The translations under genes were made by a program, and so were the position numbers. Positions 62,235-64,000 of a stretch of 64,000 bases of DNA are shown here, one piece after another. Position 1 is the stretch's first letter. Each line of letters opens with the position of its first letter. The notes beneath the pieces are model-generated. The model did not search any database and was not told the origin of the DNA. It was given only the letters and a program-made list of their open reading frames with translations. The stretch lies in NCBI GenBank assembly GCA_965217775.1, contig CBDCJH010000002.1, positions 3,616,001 through 3,680,000 of the forward strand. Direction: 5' to 3'. This DNA comes from Acidobacteriota bacterium. Lineage in GTDB: Bacteria > Acidobacteriota > UBA6911 > RPQK01 > JAJDTT01.

Positions 62235-63229
62235 GATGCCCTCCCCGGCTGGACACCGGCGCCGCCGGTCCGGGCGTTGCCGCCCCGACCCAACGCGGGC
62301 AGGTTGTTGCCGCCGGTCAGCTTCGGGGAGCGGACCTTGCCATTCTGGTTCCCCGAATTTTTCAACAGGTCCATGAACCGGTGGGCCGCCAGGCTCAGCC
62401 GCGCGTGGCGCCGAATGATGACTCCCAGGGGCCGGACCATGCCCGGCTCGGCCAGAGGCACCGCCGCGAGGGCCCCGGACCGGACTTCCCGCATCAGGGT
62501 GGGCTGGGGCAGGAGGGCCACGCCGGCCCCGACCTCCACGGCCTCCTTGATGTTTTCAATGTTGTCGAACTCCAGGACGACATTCACGCTGACGCCCTGC
62601 TCCCGCAGGAAACGGTCGACCTCGCGCCGGATCACCAGGCCTTTCTCGAAGCCGATGTAACTTTCCTTGGCGAGGTCCTTGGCGTGAACGATGGAGCGGT
62701 TGGCCAAACCGTGTCCGGGAGGACAGACCAGCACCATGGGTTCGTCTCTCCAGGGACGAGTCGTGAGCTCCCGCGTGTTCCTGGGAAACGAAACCAGCCC
62801 CAGATCCGCCGTCCCCTCCACAACCCTCCGATAAACTCGATCCGGGTGCAGATAGTCGATGCGAACCTCCGCGTTCCGGTAGCTCCGGCGGATCCTGTCC
62901 ACGTACTGGCTCATGTCCCTGAGCCCGACGGAGTAGATGGCTGCCACCTGAACCGTGACCTCCATCCGCTCCCCCTCCTGGCGAATGGAAGCCTCGAGCT
63001 CCGTGTACTCGTTCAGCATCTTCTTGCATCCCCGGTAGTAGATCTTCCCCAGCTCCGTGGTCTGAAGAGGCCGGGTCGAACGGTCGATCAGGCTGAGGCC
63101 CAGTTTCCTCTCCAGTTGCAACATGGCCTGGCTGGCGGCGGACTGGGAAAGTCCATTGAGGCGGGCAGCCTGAGAGAAGCTGCGAAGGCGCACGACGTCA
63201 CAAAACATCTTCAGGGACTCTATTCGCAT
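62231..63229 (-). CDS. LysR-type transcriptional regulator, co-oriented upstream of gltB
   Basis: [20 protein letters not shown]...SQSAASQ HTH; start trimmed to ATG 63229; AT-rich tract at about 63240-63290. Confidence 0.92.
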
Positions 63230-63497
63230 CGCGGAAGTATACACTTTTCTAATACGGCGGCAACATAGTATAAGATTAAATAATATTGATCCGGACTCCC
63301 CCCTGTTTTTCGGAGAGGTGGAGGGAAATGATTTTCCGGGAGCCGCCCGGTTTACCGGGATGCCTCTCGCGCGTATCATCTTGCCGGTTGAGACAGAGAC
63401 CGGCTACGGTGGGTCACTGAGCCACGGCGGCCAGGACCGACGAGCCCCCAGGCCCGGGGCGATTTCTCGCCGCCGGCTGTTGAGAGGAGATCCGATA

Positions 63498-64000
63498 GTG
63501 AATCAATTTCACGGCGTTTATCCAGCGCTGGTCACTCCCGTGGACGACCGCGGCAACATCCGGACGGGAGCCCTCAGAGACCTGATGGAGTGGCACCTGG
63601 AGGTGGGGGTCGACGGGTTCTACATCGCCGGCGGCACCGGGGAAGGCCTGTTGTTGACCCAGGATCAACGCCGGGCGCTCACCGAAGCGACCGTCCGAGC
63701 GGCTGACGGAAGGGTTCCCATCATCGTCCACGTGGGACACGTCTCCACCCGGGCGGCCGTCGACCTGGCCCGTCACGCCGCTTCGGAGGGCGCCGACGCC
63801 GTCAGCGCCATCCCGCCCATCTATTACGGTACGGACCCGGCATCCATCGTGGGGCACTACACGGCCATCGCCTCGGCCACACCGTTGCCCCTCATCGTCT
63901 ACCACATTCCCGCGGCCACCCACTCCCGGATGACCGTGGGCCTGATGACCGAACTGCTCCGGTTGCCGACCGTCAAGGGGATCAAGTTCAGCGACTACAA
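63498..64000 (+). CDS. DapA/N-acetylneuraminate lyase family protein (partial)
   Basis: Manual translation from GTG 63498: NQFHGVYPALVTP...GFYIAGGTGEG...VYHIP...KGIKFS; RBS AGGAG. Confidence 0.9.
   Translation, partial: MNQFHGVYPALVTPVDDRGNIRTGALRDLMEWHLEVGVDGFYIAGGTGEGLLLTQDQRRALTEATVRAADGRVPIIVHVGHVSTRAAVDLARHAASEGADAVSAIPPIYYGTDPASIVGHYTAIASATPLPLIVYHIPAATHSRMTVGLMTELLRLPTVKGIKFSDY

Overview
High-GC bacterial chromosome segment. The gene content is compatible with an Acidobacteriota-like organism, which is an inference only. Housekeeping blocks: a GlmL/MutL-like ATPase cluster (1-3473), FAH, DUF3830 and ftcD, comF-dksA-rsfS-nadD-obgE-rpmA-rplU, trkHA, gltA, nadA, PLP/OCD enzymes, gltD-gltB-LysR and a partial DapA/NanA-family lyase. 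Three accessory regions interrupt them. (i) A lower-GC two-gene island (about 6300-14150) encodes a 2008-aa protein with one intact and one degenerate STAND-type NTPase module, followed 5 nt later by a 371-aa protein ending in a HEPN-like RNALAH motif. This is the best candidate here for an undescribed defence or conflict system. (ii) A mobile-element hotspot (28.9-33.9 kb) holds a 5'-truncated group II intron whose 3' end lies inside a REP-like palindrome, a PIG-L/GalB-like gene with a structured leader RNA, higBA, a partial gene duplicate and an IS1595-family element. (iii) An ECF sigma gene and a membrane Ser/Thr kinase gene precede two paralogous giant secreted S1 proteases (1761 and 3033 aa; the larger has 14 CARDB-like repeats, several near-identical at a 360-bp period), which arose by segmental duplication and are separated by an ISKra4-like element. 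No CRISPR array, rRNA or tRNA was recognised. All assignments come from motif reading, not database searches.
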